Assembly: GCF_963921235.1 (NCBI RefSeq) | Contig: NC_086108.1 | Location: 94,180,001-94,244,000 of the forward strand | Direction: 5' to 3' | Source of the DNA: Mobula hypostoma | Lineage: Eukaryota | Length of the DNA: 64,000 bases | In this document: positions 12,651 to 24,569 of the stretch, piece after piece | How positions within the stretch are numbered: position 1 is the stretch's first letter | Layout: each line of letters starts with the position of its first letter | Program-made: the position numbers and the translations under genes | The notes under the pieces: model-generated | The model's database searches: none | What the model was told of the DNA's origin: nothing | Seen by the model: only the letters and a program-made list of their open reading frames with translations

Positions 12651-14620
12651 GACAAGGTAAAACTGGGCCAGATATGCAGATAAGCTGTAAACCAAGGTTA
12701 CCTGGTCAGTGAGTGAAGAGGAATAGTTAGAGAGTGAGTACACCAACAAAGAAAAAAGTTTGTAATACTACTGTGCAACGTGTAAATGTTGCTGGGATAT
12801 AACATAGGGTACCTACTTATTGGAGTTTTACTCCCTTTTGTCTGCAATGCCCTGAACCTCATCTGCCCCTGTTGCCCAGCCATAAGTATTGCATCTTGGA
12901 GGAGTATTGTGGTCTACCTTCATACACCTGCGGACTGCCACTTCAGCAGGCAATCTTATGCCTGAAGTTACTAATTCAGTGGGCTCTGTGTCATGTCCTT
13001 GAGCCAGGGACAAGACTTGGGAGTTCGTGCCAAGAGCAGCCAAAGAAAGGGGCGGCTCGGTAGAGTAGCAGTTAGTGTAACATTTTTACAGTGCGAGCAA
13101 CCTGGGTTCAAGGAGTCTGTATGCTCTTCCCATGACCGTATGGGTTTCCTGCCACATTCCAAAGACGTATGGGTTAGGAGGTTAATTGGTCACATGGCGT
13201 AATTGGGCAGGACAGGATCACTGGGCTGAAGAGGCTGTTACTGTGTTGTATCTCTAAATAAATAAGACCGAATAACCATAAAATATAGGATCAGAATTAG
13301 GTTATTTGGCCCATCAATTCTGCTCCGCCATTTCATCATGGCTGATCCATTTTCCCTCTCAGCCCCAAAGAAATACGAGTTATGGCGTTAAGCAGTTGAC
13401 ATACCATCATGCAGAAGCCTCAGGCAGTCAACAAAACCAAAGTACATTGGATTTTGCCAGTTGTGTTGCTAAAGATGTTGTATGTACACAAGAAGATAAG
13501 AGCAGGAGGGGGTGACGATCTCCTCAAGCGTGACCTTCCGTTCTCTGTGATCTACTCCAGGTCTCAACTTCTTTTCTGTGCCAAATATTTATCACCCTCA
13601 GTCCCTCAATACTTTAAAAAAAAATGTATCTACCTCCACCTTAAATAAGTGTGAAGAGACAGCATCCACAGTTCCCCATAGCAGAGAATACTATTGATTA
13701 TCTACAATGGTCATTCACTGCAGGCGAACCCCCGCTCTGTAAACCGTAATTTATTAGCTTTATTTGTCACATCAAAACATACAGTGAAGTTCATTGAGTC
13801 AACACACCAACACGCTCCGAGATATGCTGGAGCAGCCCGCAAGTGTGGCCGTGCTTCTGGCACCAACATAGCATGCCCGCAACTCACTAAGCCTAACTCA
13901 TACATCTTTGAAATGTGGGAGGAAACCTGTGCAGCCACATGGAGAGGGTATAGTCAGTGGCCTGCACCCTCTAGTGTGTGTTAAAAACAGATTAGAGCAC
14001 AAAGTGACCGGATCAGCAACTCACAGGGTGACAGAAACCAGGCCAATGGTCTATCCAGCTGCAGGGTTTCAACCAAATTCTCCTGTCCCACAGACGCTGC
14101 TCAGCCCACTGAGTTTTTCCAGCAGACAGCTTGTTGCTCCAGATCCCAGCCCCTGTGTTCACTTATACTTCCAACAGTCCACTCTGGGAATGACAGCTCC
14201 ATTGCTCTCTGTGCCTGTACTGTGTCTTCTGCCGAAGTCAGACCAATTCCTGTATGATTCCCATCACGTTACTGTTTACCTCCCGTTGTATCATTGTATT
14301 ATCACTCTGTTGATGTGGGAATTTGTGCTGTGTGCTCAAGATTGGCTTCTGCATTTTCTGTGTGCCACAATAAGTGCACTTGGAAAGAAATTAAGTGGAT
14401 ATTAAACATATTGTGATGTCTGAAGGAGTGTGAAAAATGTATGTCTTCTATTAACATGGTCCTTCCAGACCATGTATCACATAATTAACGAAAACATTTA
14501 TTATGCCAGGGATATTAGAGTATTACTCATTGAACTGTGCAAGAAACACGCCCAATAAGTCTAAGTCATTTTAATGTCTGGGTTCTGCCCTGTGTCAGAT
14601 CAACATGTACTTCATGCTTA

Positions 14621-14656
14621 AGTCCTGACGAAGGGTCTCGGCCTGAAACGTCGACT
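14621..14656 (+). ncRNA. Minimal type-I hammerhead ribozyme, intact core, in a Penelope-like terminus (terminus extends to ~14745)
   Basis: AGTC CTGACGA A GGGT-CTCG-GCCT GAAA CG TC GACT: stem I AGTC/GACT, CUGANGA and GAAA boxes, palindromic ACGT stem III, GUC cleavage triplet. Confidence 0.8.
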
Positions 14657-15043
14657 GTACCTCTTCCTAGAGATGCTGCCTGGCCTGCTGCGTTCACCAG
14701 CAACTTTGATGTGTGTTGCTTGAATTTCCAGCATCTGCAGAATTCAATTTCTTTTCACTGCAGCAGGACTCAATGTGGGAGGAGCTCAGTGGATCGGGCA
14801 GCATCTATGGAAGGGAATGGATAGTTGACGTTTCTGGTTGAGACCCCACATCATGACTAGAAAGAAAGAGGGCAGACAACACATGTAAAAAGGTGGGGAA
14901 GGGGTGGAGCAAGAGCTGGCGGGTGATATGTTGATCCAGGTGAGAGGGAGATGGTAGGCAGGAGAAAAGTGGCAATGATGGTAGAAGCTAGGAAGTGACA
15001 AAGGGCTGGAGAAGACTACTATTACTGACATACCATGAAATTT

Positions 15044-15568
15044 GGTTGGTTGTTCATCCATCATTGACATCGATGAGGACCTCGACACCATTATGATGGT
15101 GTGGAGACTAGTGCGTGATTTGGATTTAAGTGAGGGAGAGTTGCGCAGCGTCAGCCTCACTCTCTCTTCCCAATTCCCATCTGGATCCAGTGGCAAGACA
15201 GAGTCTAGACGGCTGGAGATGGGACTAGGCGCAGTGGATGACCAGGACGTCTTCTGTGTCTTGTCCTGCTCTGCACATTCCACGACGCTTGCAGAGACCG
15301 CCTTCTCGACCGTTGGACCTTCCATTGGTCTCGTCCGCTCAATCCGCCGGAGTCTGTCTTCACATGCTGGGATAGACAACTCCCTATCTCACCGAGGGTT
15401 TGAGACCCGTCGGCTACCCTCACCTGGTTTAGCCGGCTTGTCGAAGCCGTTGCCCGGGGTGTGGCCGCTGTCGCATGCAAACAGCTTCGGGGAGCCACAG
15501 GTGAGAGCTGAGTGCCAAAGGTGGACTAACCGCCCTGAAAAGGACGCGACATGTTCCCTCCCTGACAC
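15044..15568 (-). mobile_element. Young, CpG-rich non-autonomous RTE-type retroelement/SINE, 8-bp TSD
   Basis: TGAAATTT at 15036-15043 and 15569-15576; minus-strand 3' tail ..GAACAACCAACC; GAGAGTGAGGCTGA..CCTCACTTAAATCCAA motif recalled from RTE-derived SINEs. Confidence 0.65.
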
Positions 15569-15879
15569 TGAAATTTACTGTGCTTATGGCAGCTGTACAG
15601 CGCAAGGTATAAAAATTACAATAAGTTACAATATTTATTAAATAAATATTGCAAAAGAGGAACAGTGATGTAGTGCTAATGGGTTTATAGTTCATTCAGA
15701 AGTCTGATGGCAGAGAGCAAGAAGCTATTTCTAAAATGTTGAGTGTGTGTTTTCAGGCTCCTGTACCCGCTCCTGATGATAGTAGTGAGAAGTGGGCATG
15801 TCCTGGGTGCTGAAGGTCCTTCATGATAATGCTACCATCTTGAGGGACCACCTTTTGAAGATGTCCTTGATCTTGGGTG

Positions 15880-17080
15880 CCTTCAAAGTTCAAAGTAAAT
15901 TTATTATCAAACTACATATACTGTATGTCACCATATACAACCCTGAGATTAGATTCATTTTCTTGCAGGCATTATCAATAAATCCAATAACCATAATAGA
16001 ATCAACAAAAGACCGCACTGACATTGTGGACGACCAGTGTGTAAAGGACAACAAATCATGCTAATGCAAAAAGAAAGAAAAAAAAATTGATCTGTAAGCA
16101 ATAAATATTGCGGATATGAGATGAAAATTCCTTGAAAGTGAGTCCGTAGGTTGTGGGAACAGTTCGGTGATGGGGCGAGTGAAATTGAGCTCTGATTCAA
16201 GAGCTTGATGTTGAGCAGTAATAACTGTTCCTGAACCTGGTAGTGTGAGTCCTGAGGCTGCTGTACCTTCTTCCTGATGGCAGCAGTAAGATGAGAGCAA
16301 GACCTGGGTGGTGGGGGTCCCTGATGATGGACGCTGCTTTCCTGCGACAACGCTCCGTGTAGATGTGCTCAATGGTGAGGAGGGCTTTAACTGTGATGGA
16401 CTGGGCTATATCCATTACTTTTTGTAGGAGTTTCTATTCAGGGGCATTGGTGTTTCCATACCAGGCTGTGATGCAGACATTCAGTATGCTCTCCACCACA
16501 AATCTGTAGATGTTTGTCAAAGTTTTTGATGTCGTGTTGAATCTTTGCAAACTTTTAAGGAAGTAGAGGCGCTGACATTGAGAAAGAGGTGGTTATTATG
16601 ACACCACTCAGACAGGTTTTCAATTTCCCTCCTGTGTGCTGATTTGTCACTACCTTTAACTTGGCCAGTGACAGTGGTGTCATCAGCAAACTTAAATATG
16701 GTATTGGAGTTGTACTTAGCCACACGATAATAAGTGTAAAGTGGGGGCTAAGCACACAGCCTGGTGGTGCACCTGTGGCTGATGGAGATTGTGAAGGATG
16801 TTGTTGCCAATCTGAATTGACTGGGGTCTTGTGCCCATGAAGGAGCTGGCAGTTGTACAATACTCTGCCATCTCTTTCAATACTATGCACAGACAGTGAG
16901 GCAGCCAGTCAAAATGTTCTCCACTGTTCACCTGTCGAAATCTGCTAGAGTCTTTGGTGACATAACAACTCTCTGTAGACTCCTAATGAAGTATAGCTGT
17001 TGGTGTGCCTTCTTCATGATTGCATCAGAATTTAGGGCCAAGTAGGGATCCTCTGAGATGTTGAAACCTAGGAACTTGAA
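15880..17080 (-). mobile_element. Rex1/Babar-like non-LTR retrotransposon RT fragment
   Basis: KFADDTTV..EIENLSEWC..N.L.LNVS and KAASIIRDPHHPG..LLPSGRRY..RFRNSY motifs; (tttgaac) tail. Confidence 0.75.
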
Positions 17081-18329
17081 TCTAATAGGAGAGGACAATG
17101 GACCATGGAATCGTGGTCCATTATTTACACTGTTTGTTGTTTATAGGATGGACCAGTCACTGATCTCCTTATTGACCAACTAGGACTGGTTTCAAGGACG
17201 GATTTAAATTGCGCTGTCCTTTTTACATTTGATACTGGCAAAACACAAGCATCCCTCTTGCTAACTGAAGAACATTGTGAGCTAGTCACTAATTTGTGTT
17301 CTGGATCTCATATGTTACAAGTCATTCATTCTATTCACACTATTCCAGTTAAGAGCCAGTTTGGAATTCAACTGGGACATCTGTTGAATGGCTTGGATGT
17401 CTTGGCAATTTTTATCTACACATGACTTACTAGAGAACACAGCTGCCTGTAACAACTGGACAGTTTTGAGTAGTTGCTAGGTGATATTGGGCATCCCAAA
17501 TATTTGGGATTCTATTTGTGGAATTATTTTTCATAAACAAATTATGATAAATGTTGATCTTGATTTTTTTTTCATGATTTAACTTTCCGTGAATTTTTCC
17601 TCCATTTTCTTTAATCACAAATGTTTTACGTCTTTTGTGTTCTTTTTTCCTTTCTGTAACTTCTTGTACTAAAATGTTGGAAGTGCTTGTCTACCCTCCT
17701 TTTCACCAATGACTTTGACCTACCTCTCCCTTGATTTCCTGAACTCTGGCACACTCACCAACTTCCTCTTTGGCACCAAAGCTGCGTCAAGCCCTAGTTT
17801 ATTCAGTTAAGTAACGATACTGTGTGAACCAGCTCTACTGCTTTCAGCCAAAGAATGGCATGTTAGTCAGCAATTTTATTCTGTACTTCGATGGTCAAGG
17901 TCTGTAAATGGTGTTCTATTTGACCATGAACTTGAAAATTCTTGTCCATCGTAAGTTAAGGCATTTTTCTTTCACCTCTTGAACATTATTCCATTGTTGT
18001 TTGTAGGGATTTTGCTGGAGGCAGATTGGCTGCCATTTCATTATTGATAATTCTTATATATTTCTTGCACCACTGAAGGAGTAACACAAGAGATTCTGCA
18101 GATGCTGGAAATCTGGAGGTATGCACACACAATGCTGGAGGAACTTAGCATGTCAGGCAGCATCTGTGAAAATGAATAAACAGATTCTATTTGGCCCATT
18201 AAGTCTATGCTAACTCTTCAAGCATTTCCATTCTCCCACTTACTTTCCCTATCACCTGTAGTCTCTCAAATGGACTTAAGTTTCACCTAACATTCCTAAC
18301 AACTAAGGATAAACAGCCAGTTCAATGTG

Positions 18330-19750
18330 GAGGAACAAAGGGATTTTAAGGTCCAAAATTGCCACAAAAGTTGATAGGGCAGTTAAGAAGGTACATGATG
18401 TGTTGGCCTTCATTAATTGGGGGATTGAGTTCAAAAGCCAAGAGGTAATGTTGCAGTTCATAGTAGAAATAAATGTGCAGACTATTTTCTAAACAGGGAG
18501 AAAATATAGGAATCTAAGATGCAGAGGGACTTGGGAGTCCTTGTGCAGAACACCTTGAAGGTTAACTTGCAGGTTGAGTCAGTGGTGGGGAAGGCAAATG
18601 CCATGTTAGCATTCATTTCAAGAGCTCTTGAATACAAGAGCAAGGATGTGATGCTGAGGCTTTATAATGCACTGGTGAGGCCTCACCTTGAGTATTATGA
18701 AGTTTTGGGCTCTTCATCTTGGAAAAGATGTGCTGGCATTGGGGAGGGTCCAGAGAAGGTTCACAAGGATGATTCCAGGAATGAAAGTGTTACCATATGA
18801 GGAATGTTTGATGGCTTTGGGTCTGTACTTGCTGGAATTCAGAAGGATGAGGGGGGGATCTCATTGAAATCTTTTGGATGTTGAAAGGTCTAGACAGAGT
18901 AGATGTGGAAAGGATGTTTCCCACGGTGGGAGAGTCTAGGACAAGAGGGCACAGCCTCAGAATTGAAGGGCACCCTTCAAAACAGAGATGCGGAGAAATT
19001 TCTTTAGCCAAAGGGTGGTGAATTTGTGGAATTTGTTGCCATATGCAGCTGTGGAGGCCAGGTTGTTGGGTGTATTTAGGGCAGAGATTGATAGTTTTTT
19101 GACTGGACATGGCATCAAAAGTTACTGGGAGATGGGGTTGAGGAGGAGATAAAAAAAAGATCAGCCATGATGAATGGTGGAGCAGACTGAATGGGCCGAA
19201 TGGCCCAATTCTGCTCCTATGATTTATGATTTATGGTCTGATAGTTCTATGCAGCTCTGGTTGCCTCATTATAGGAAGAAGGTGGAAGCTTTTGAGAGGG
19301 TGCAGAGGAGATCAATCAGGATGCTGCCCGGATTAAAGAACATGTCTTATGATGAAAAGCTGAGTGAGCTAGGGCTTTTATCTTTGACGTGAAGAAGCAT
19401 GGGAGGTGACTTGATAAGATAAGAGACATAGATGGAGTGGATGACCAGCTCCTTTTTCCCAGGGTGGCAATACGAGGGGTCATACTTCTGAGATAGTTGG
19501 ATGAAAGTACAGTGGGGATGTCAGAGGGAGATTGTCTTCAGAGAGAGTGGTAAGTACACGGAACGCACTGCTGGAGGTGTTGATTGACGCACTTACAGTA
19601 TGAACATTTAAGACTCTCTTAGATAGGAACATGGCTGAAGGAAAAACGGAGGGCTATGTGAGAGGGAAGGGTTAGATTGGTCTTGGATAGGTTAAAGAGT
19701 TAGCGTAACATCATACACCAAAGGGCCTGTACTGTGCTCCACTGTTCAAT
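18330..19750 (+). mobile_element. Nested CR1-like fragments (one copy ~18460-19240 inside an older copy)
   Basis: QRDLGVLV..RPHLEY ORF; two 3' tails, at ~19240 and ~19750. Confidence 0.8.
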
Positions 19751-20010
19751 GTTCAGCCACCAACCACCAGGATTGAGACGTAGAAGGAAATCTGGTGTAT
19801 GCTGGCAAGGGAAATTTTGTATGGTCACAAGGAAAACATAGAAACTTGGTACAGACAGCACTGGAGGCCAGCAGTGAACCCAGGACATTAGAACTGTGTT
19901 ACATGCTGCACCCTAACAACAACAACACATTCACATAGCAGGTTAGAGTTATCAATTCAAATATGAGAAAAGTTTTGAGTTTCCCTCATCGTAAGAATGG
20001 AAAGGAAATA

Positions 20011-20366
20011 CAGTGGATTCTGGTTAATTGCGACACATTGGGACCAGTACATTTTGGCTGAATTTAGCAGCTGCCCCAATTAGCTGAAGCTTCATGGAAA
20101 TATTTCAAAGGAATAAAAAAGACATACTGCCATTTAAAAAGTGGTCACTCCAAGCACAGTGTAGTGTCTAACGGCCAAGCAGGTGCATGCGATTGATGCT
20201 AGTTAGAAACTGGCAACAGTCTCCTGCTCTGATTAAGTGGCATAGGGTCCCAAATAAACAAAGGGAATCCCGGCTATTTTCTCGATTTAATTTTAGCTCT
20301 TTAAGAGTTGTCCCAAATAAATGGCTGTTGCAATCAACCAATGGCCTAATTAACTGGAATCCATTG
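20011..20366. mobile_element. pogo/Tigger-like MITE
   Basis: TA|CAGTGGATTCTGGTTAATT ... AATTAACTGGAATCCATTG|TA. Confidence 0.75.
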
Positions 20367-20425
20367 TACAAGAAACATTGTGACTTTATGGGGAATTAAG
20401 TAGGTGTGAGAAGGCAAAATACTGT

Positions 20426-21475
20426 GGCTACGTCCACACTACGCCGAATAATATTGAAAACGCCGGTTTCGAGTAAAAACGACAGGTGTACACACTAATC
20501 GTTTTTCAAAATATCCCTGTCCACACTAACATGGATATTTGGGCGAATCTCCCCTATTGGGCACGCGCAGGACACACAGAAAACAGGCGAAGAGGAAACA
20601 GTATACTTAGTGCGCGTTTGTCCAGTTACAGAGTAGAAAAACTTAAAAGGAATTGCTCTTGGCTCTTGCGCAGGACTTAAAACTAAAAAAAACAAATGCT
20701 GGAGCATATGGAGGCCACTGACAGGGAGTTCACGGACAGTATGACCCAGCTGACGATGAACGTTGAAAAACTGACCAACTCTGTTGCATTAATAAAGCAC
20801 CTTGTCAAATATATAAAACATGTCTGCTTCAGTGTTATCTTATATTTCCATACAATGTTACATTAGGCTGTTACACATCTATTGTCAGAGAAGTACTGGC
20901 ATAAATAGGTAAACCATCCTAATACAAGCAAGAACAGAAAACAGGGCAAAGAGAATATACTTATTTATTCAGTAAGCTATGGGTCAAAGTATTTGGTGAG
21001 TACATTTCTAACTCTTCTGGCTTCAGTCTTGTTGCCGCCTGTTCTGAAATTGTTAGGTTATGTGGGGAATTGCATTCAAGAAAACAATGAAATGCCGCGC
21101 TGCGACCATCTGTTTCGGCACGCCATGACAGCGTTTTTAAATAGTCAAAAAAGCTCGCTTTACAATTTAACTCTCACACCGTTCACACCGACTGCGCGTT
21201 ATAACAACCGTACGGCAGTGCTTGCGCAGTACCAAGCGGAAGCAGAAATAGCATTGTTGTTGTGGTGTTGTCATGACAGCGTTTTTAAATCTCTCCGTTT
21301 ACCCCGTACACACTACAACGGATATTCGGCTTTTTCAGATTTATTCACTCTGGAGACCATTTCTGAAAATCTCCGTTTTCGGGGGGTGTAAACACCGTTT
21401 CAGTGTGGACAGAAGGTCAAAGCGAAGAGAAAAAGCTTTGTTTTCAAAATTATCCAGCGTAGTGTGGACGTACCC
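20426..21475. mobile_element. Non-autonomous PIF/Harbinger-like DNA transposon, 3-bp TSD
   Basis: TIRs GGCTACGTCCACACTACG / CGTAGTGTGGACGTACCC; TGT at 20423-20425 and 21476-21478; the empty site is visible at 22301. Confidence 0.85.
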
Positions 21476-22286
21476 TGTAACTTCTGCACACAGAGTTGTT
21501 TCAGAGACTTCCTGCATTATTGAAGGCTCATTGATTAGCCTTGAACTGCAGAGCCGAGGATGGATACAGTAACCAAATGCCAATGCTTCACAATTAAATG
21601 CCACTTGAAATTAAAATACAAAGCAAAGTAACCATGTCTGAAATTTCCATGGTGCTGTAACACTTGCCTTGGTGTGGGACTCCCCTGTCTCAGTCTCACC
21701 TGCATAAGCTGCTGGTGTGCAGAACTTAATGATCTAGAAGAATGAGTCATTGTTTAATGATTTCCCAAAACACTTGCCTTGAAGCTGCCCGTTTCTAATG
21801 AGGAATTTCCATGGTTAACTGTTACAGAAGTTACACTATGGAAACAGGCCATGAATTTAGAGAATCAGGCAGGCAGACAATTGAAATTACACTGACCATC
21901 CCTTTTTCCATTATCCACAAATGTAATTCTGCCTTGAATTTGAAAAGGGTTTCCATTTCAACCACTACATCTCAAGTGAATTTCCCAGCTTCACAATTCC
22001 CAGTATGACAACATTTTTCCTGGCCATTTTTTCTCTGGTCCTTATTCTTGACACTTAAAATATTGGAAAGGTTCAGGTTTTCCATAATTTAATTAAATTT
22101 AAGGTGATTGGAGAAATGTATAGGGAGATGTCAAACGTAAGTTTATTTCGCAGGGAGTTGGTAACACTCTGCCAGGGGTGGTGTTAGAGCCAGATACATT
22201 AGGAATACTTAAGAAACTCTTAGATAGGCACATGGATGATGGAAAAAATGGAGGGCTATGTAGGAAGGAAGAGTTAGATTGATCTT

Positions 22287-22457
22287 AGAAGGCACAATAC
22301 TGTAACTTCTACACACAGAGAGTTCCTACAACATTGAAGGCTCATTGATTAGCCTTGAACTGCTGAGCCGAGGATGGATACAGTAACCAAGTGCCAATGC
22401 TTCACAATTAAATGCCACTTGAAATTAAAATACAAAGCAAAGTAACCATGTCTGAAA
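22287..22457 (+). repeat. Local duplication of 20409-20425 + 21479-21643, inserted in a CR1 3' tail
   Basis: Near-identical attgaaggctcattgattagccttgaac...agtaaccatgtctgaaa at both places. Confidence 0.9.
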
Positions 22458-23569
22458 AGGTCAGAACAACATCATGGGCTGAGGGCCAAAATGTACTATG
22501 TTCCCTTTATCATATTAAGCATTTTAATACATCACCAATCAAAGCAATCTTTCTATGAATATACAGTATATTTAAACAATTATCAGTTAAGTCATGCAAT
22601 TTTATTTTTACAATTTACAAAAGGAACATTAAGGATTTCTTAAACACAAGAGATTCTGCAGGTGCTGGAGATCTTGAGCAACACATATAAAACGCTGGAG
22701 GAACTCAACAAGTCAGGCAGCGATTTGGAGGCCACTGTTTCGGGCTGAGACACTTCATTGTGGTTCCTTGTTGTATTTAAGAGTGTTGATTATGTTCACA
22801 AAACCCATGCATCCCTGAGAATGGAGAAGAGCAAGAACATGATGGATTCTGTCTGAAAGACGGCACTACTGACAAAGTGGCACTTCCTCAGCTCTGCACC
22901 AGAATATCATTGGCATTAAGTGCCCGTATAAGATCGCTTCACATCCTGCCTAGCTGTTCTCCTAGGATAAGGAGACTAGTGAAAGTCGATAGAGGGTAAA
23001 AACACAAGAAATTCTCAGAGTTACATGTGGCTTCCAGTTGTTAACTAGGTAGAGAAAAAAAATCATAAAACCATGAAATTATTTGTCCCATTGAGACTGC
23101 TCTGCCATTCCATCATGGCTGATTTATTATCCCTTTCAACACCATTCTTCTGCCTTCTCTCTGTAATCTCACAGGACAACAAGTTTTTTCAGAAGTGTTT
23201 CTTCCTTAGAATTATTTTTGTTTATGATAGACTGCTTGAAGATGAACGCAAATATAATTTCAGACTACTTGTGTCACATAGGAATTTGGAGAAAGAACAA
23301 ATTACTAAAACCTGTCCTGCCATGCAGCAGCTGTGCCACCTAAGTGTGCCCAAGCACACCTGGACAAGATAGGAAACTTTTCAGCTTACATTGTAGGCAA
23401 ACATTTTAATTGACTTGAATTATGAATTGAAATAATAAACATAAGTTTATTTAAAAAATGGTACGTGATAGGGAAATTTCATGGTGATTTTCATGATCGG
23501 TAGCCCAAAATTCATAAGATACACCTAAAGGTATTCAGGAAGTAAAATCTTTGTTGTTTAGTGTCTTTG

Positions 23570-24035
23570 ACACCCTTACTAATCAAGAACCAATCAACCT
23601 CCACCCTAAATATGCAAAATGACTTGGCCTCCACAGATGTTTGTGGCAATGAATTCCACAAATTCACCACCCTATAGCGAAAGAAATTCCTCCTCATCTC
23701 TGTTCTGAAGGAGGATCCTTGTATTCCGAGACAGTACCCGCTGATCCTAGATTCCCCCACTATATGAAACATCCTCTCAATGTCCACTCTATCCAGGCCT
23801 CTCAGTATTCAATAGGTATCACTGAGATCCTCCCTCATTCTTCTAAACTTCAGGGTGTACAGGCCCAGAACCATCAAACACTCCTCAAATGTTAACACTT
23901 TCATCCCCATGACCATTCCAGTGACCCCCTCCCAGCCACCCCCTCCAAATCCAGCACATTTTTCTTTGATAAATCACCCCAAACTGCTCACAAGTGGTGT
24001 GCTCTCTGGCCAAATGCCTTATAAAGCCTCAGCTC
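23570..24035 (-). mobile_element. CR1-like LINE 3' fragment
   Basis: ORF 23512..23787 with RRNFF..RVVNLWNSLP motif. Confidence 0.75.
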
Positions 24036-24569
24036 ACTCCCACTTCTTTAGTTGAGTATGTGAGATGTTTCAATGTTGCCTGGATGAGTGGTTTCTATTC
24101 CCAGAGCCGTTAGCCTGTCCGAACAGTCTGTGGTGAGAGAATGGGCTGTGGGATGAGGTCACTCACACCCCGACCCATTCCTAATACCGAATGAGCACAC
24201 GCTGACATTTCCCTGCATGCCAACTTGTTCTTTCTGAACCCTGCCGTTCTCTGGGAGTGTTGTGCGTTAATGATTAGTTAGAAGGGAAAATTTGAAACAT
24301 GCAAGGCTGCGGTACACCTCGGTAGTAATTCTTTTCTTCAGTTAGAGTAGCTTTTTTTTGGTAGTGAGTTCCGAGGACTGGGAGTTTGCACTTTCAATAT
24401 TAAAGGACCTTTCAAATGCGTGTAATTGGCAATTAGCCAGGAGTTGCTTCATTAATGATGGGGAAGGCGTATTCTGTATAATTTGGATGAGTGAATCCAG
24501 CAATTAATTTTCAATGTTACAAAGGGAGTATCCGTTACTTCAGTGCAGACTTTTTGACGGCAGAGAATA

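Noticed and set aside
15410..15520. HDV-like ribozyme in the RTE-type element
   Set aside because: It has a GCTAA segment and P2-like pairing, but I could not place P1/P3/P1.1; kept only as a structured RNA.
14786..15641. Overlapping ~200-aa ORFs on both strands
   Set aside because: They span repeat boundaries; a by-product of a GC-rich young retroelement.
1..24500. Upstream exons of the long BCAR3 isoform (e.g. the ..EYVK exon)
   Set aside because: No matching exon found by eye; they probably lie upstream of the window, or I missed a short diverged exon.
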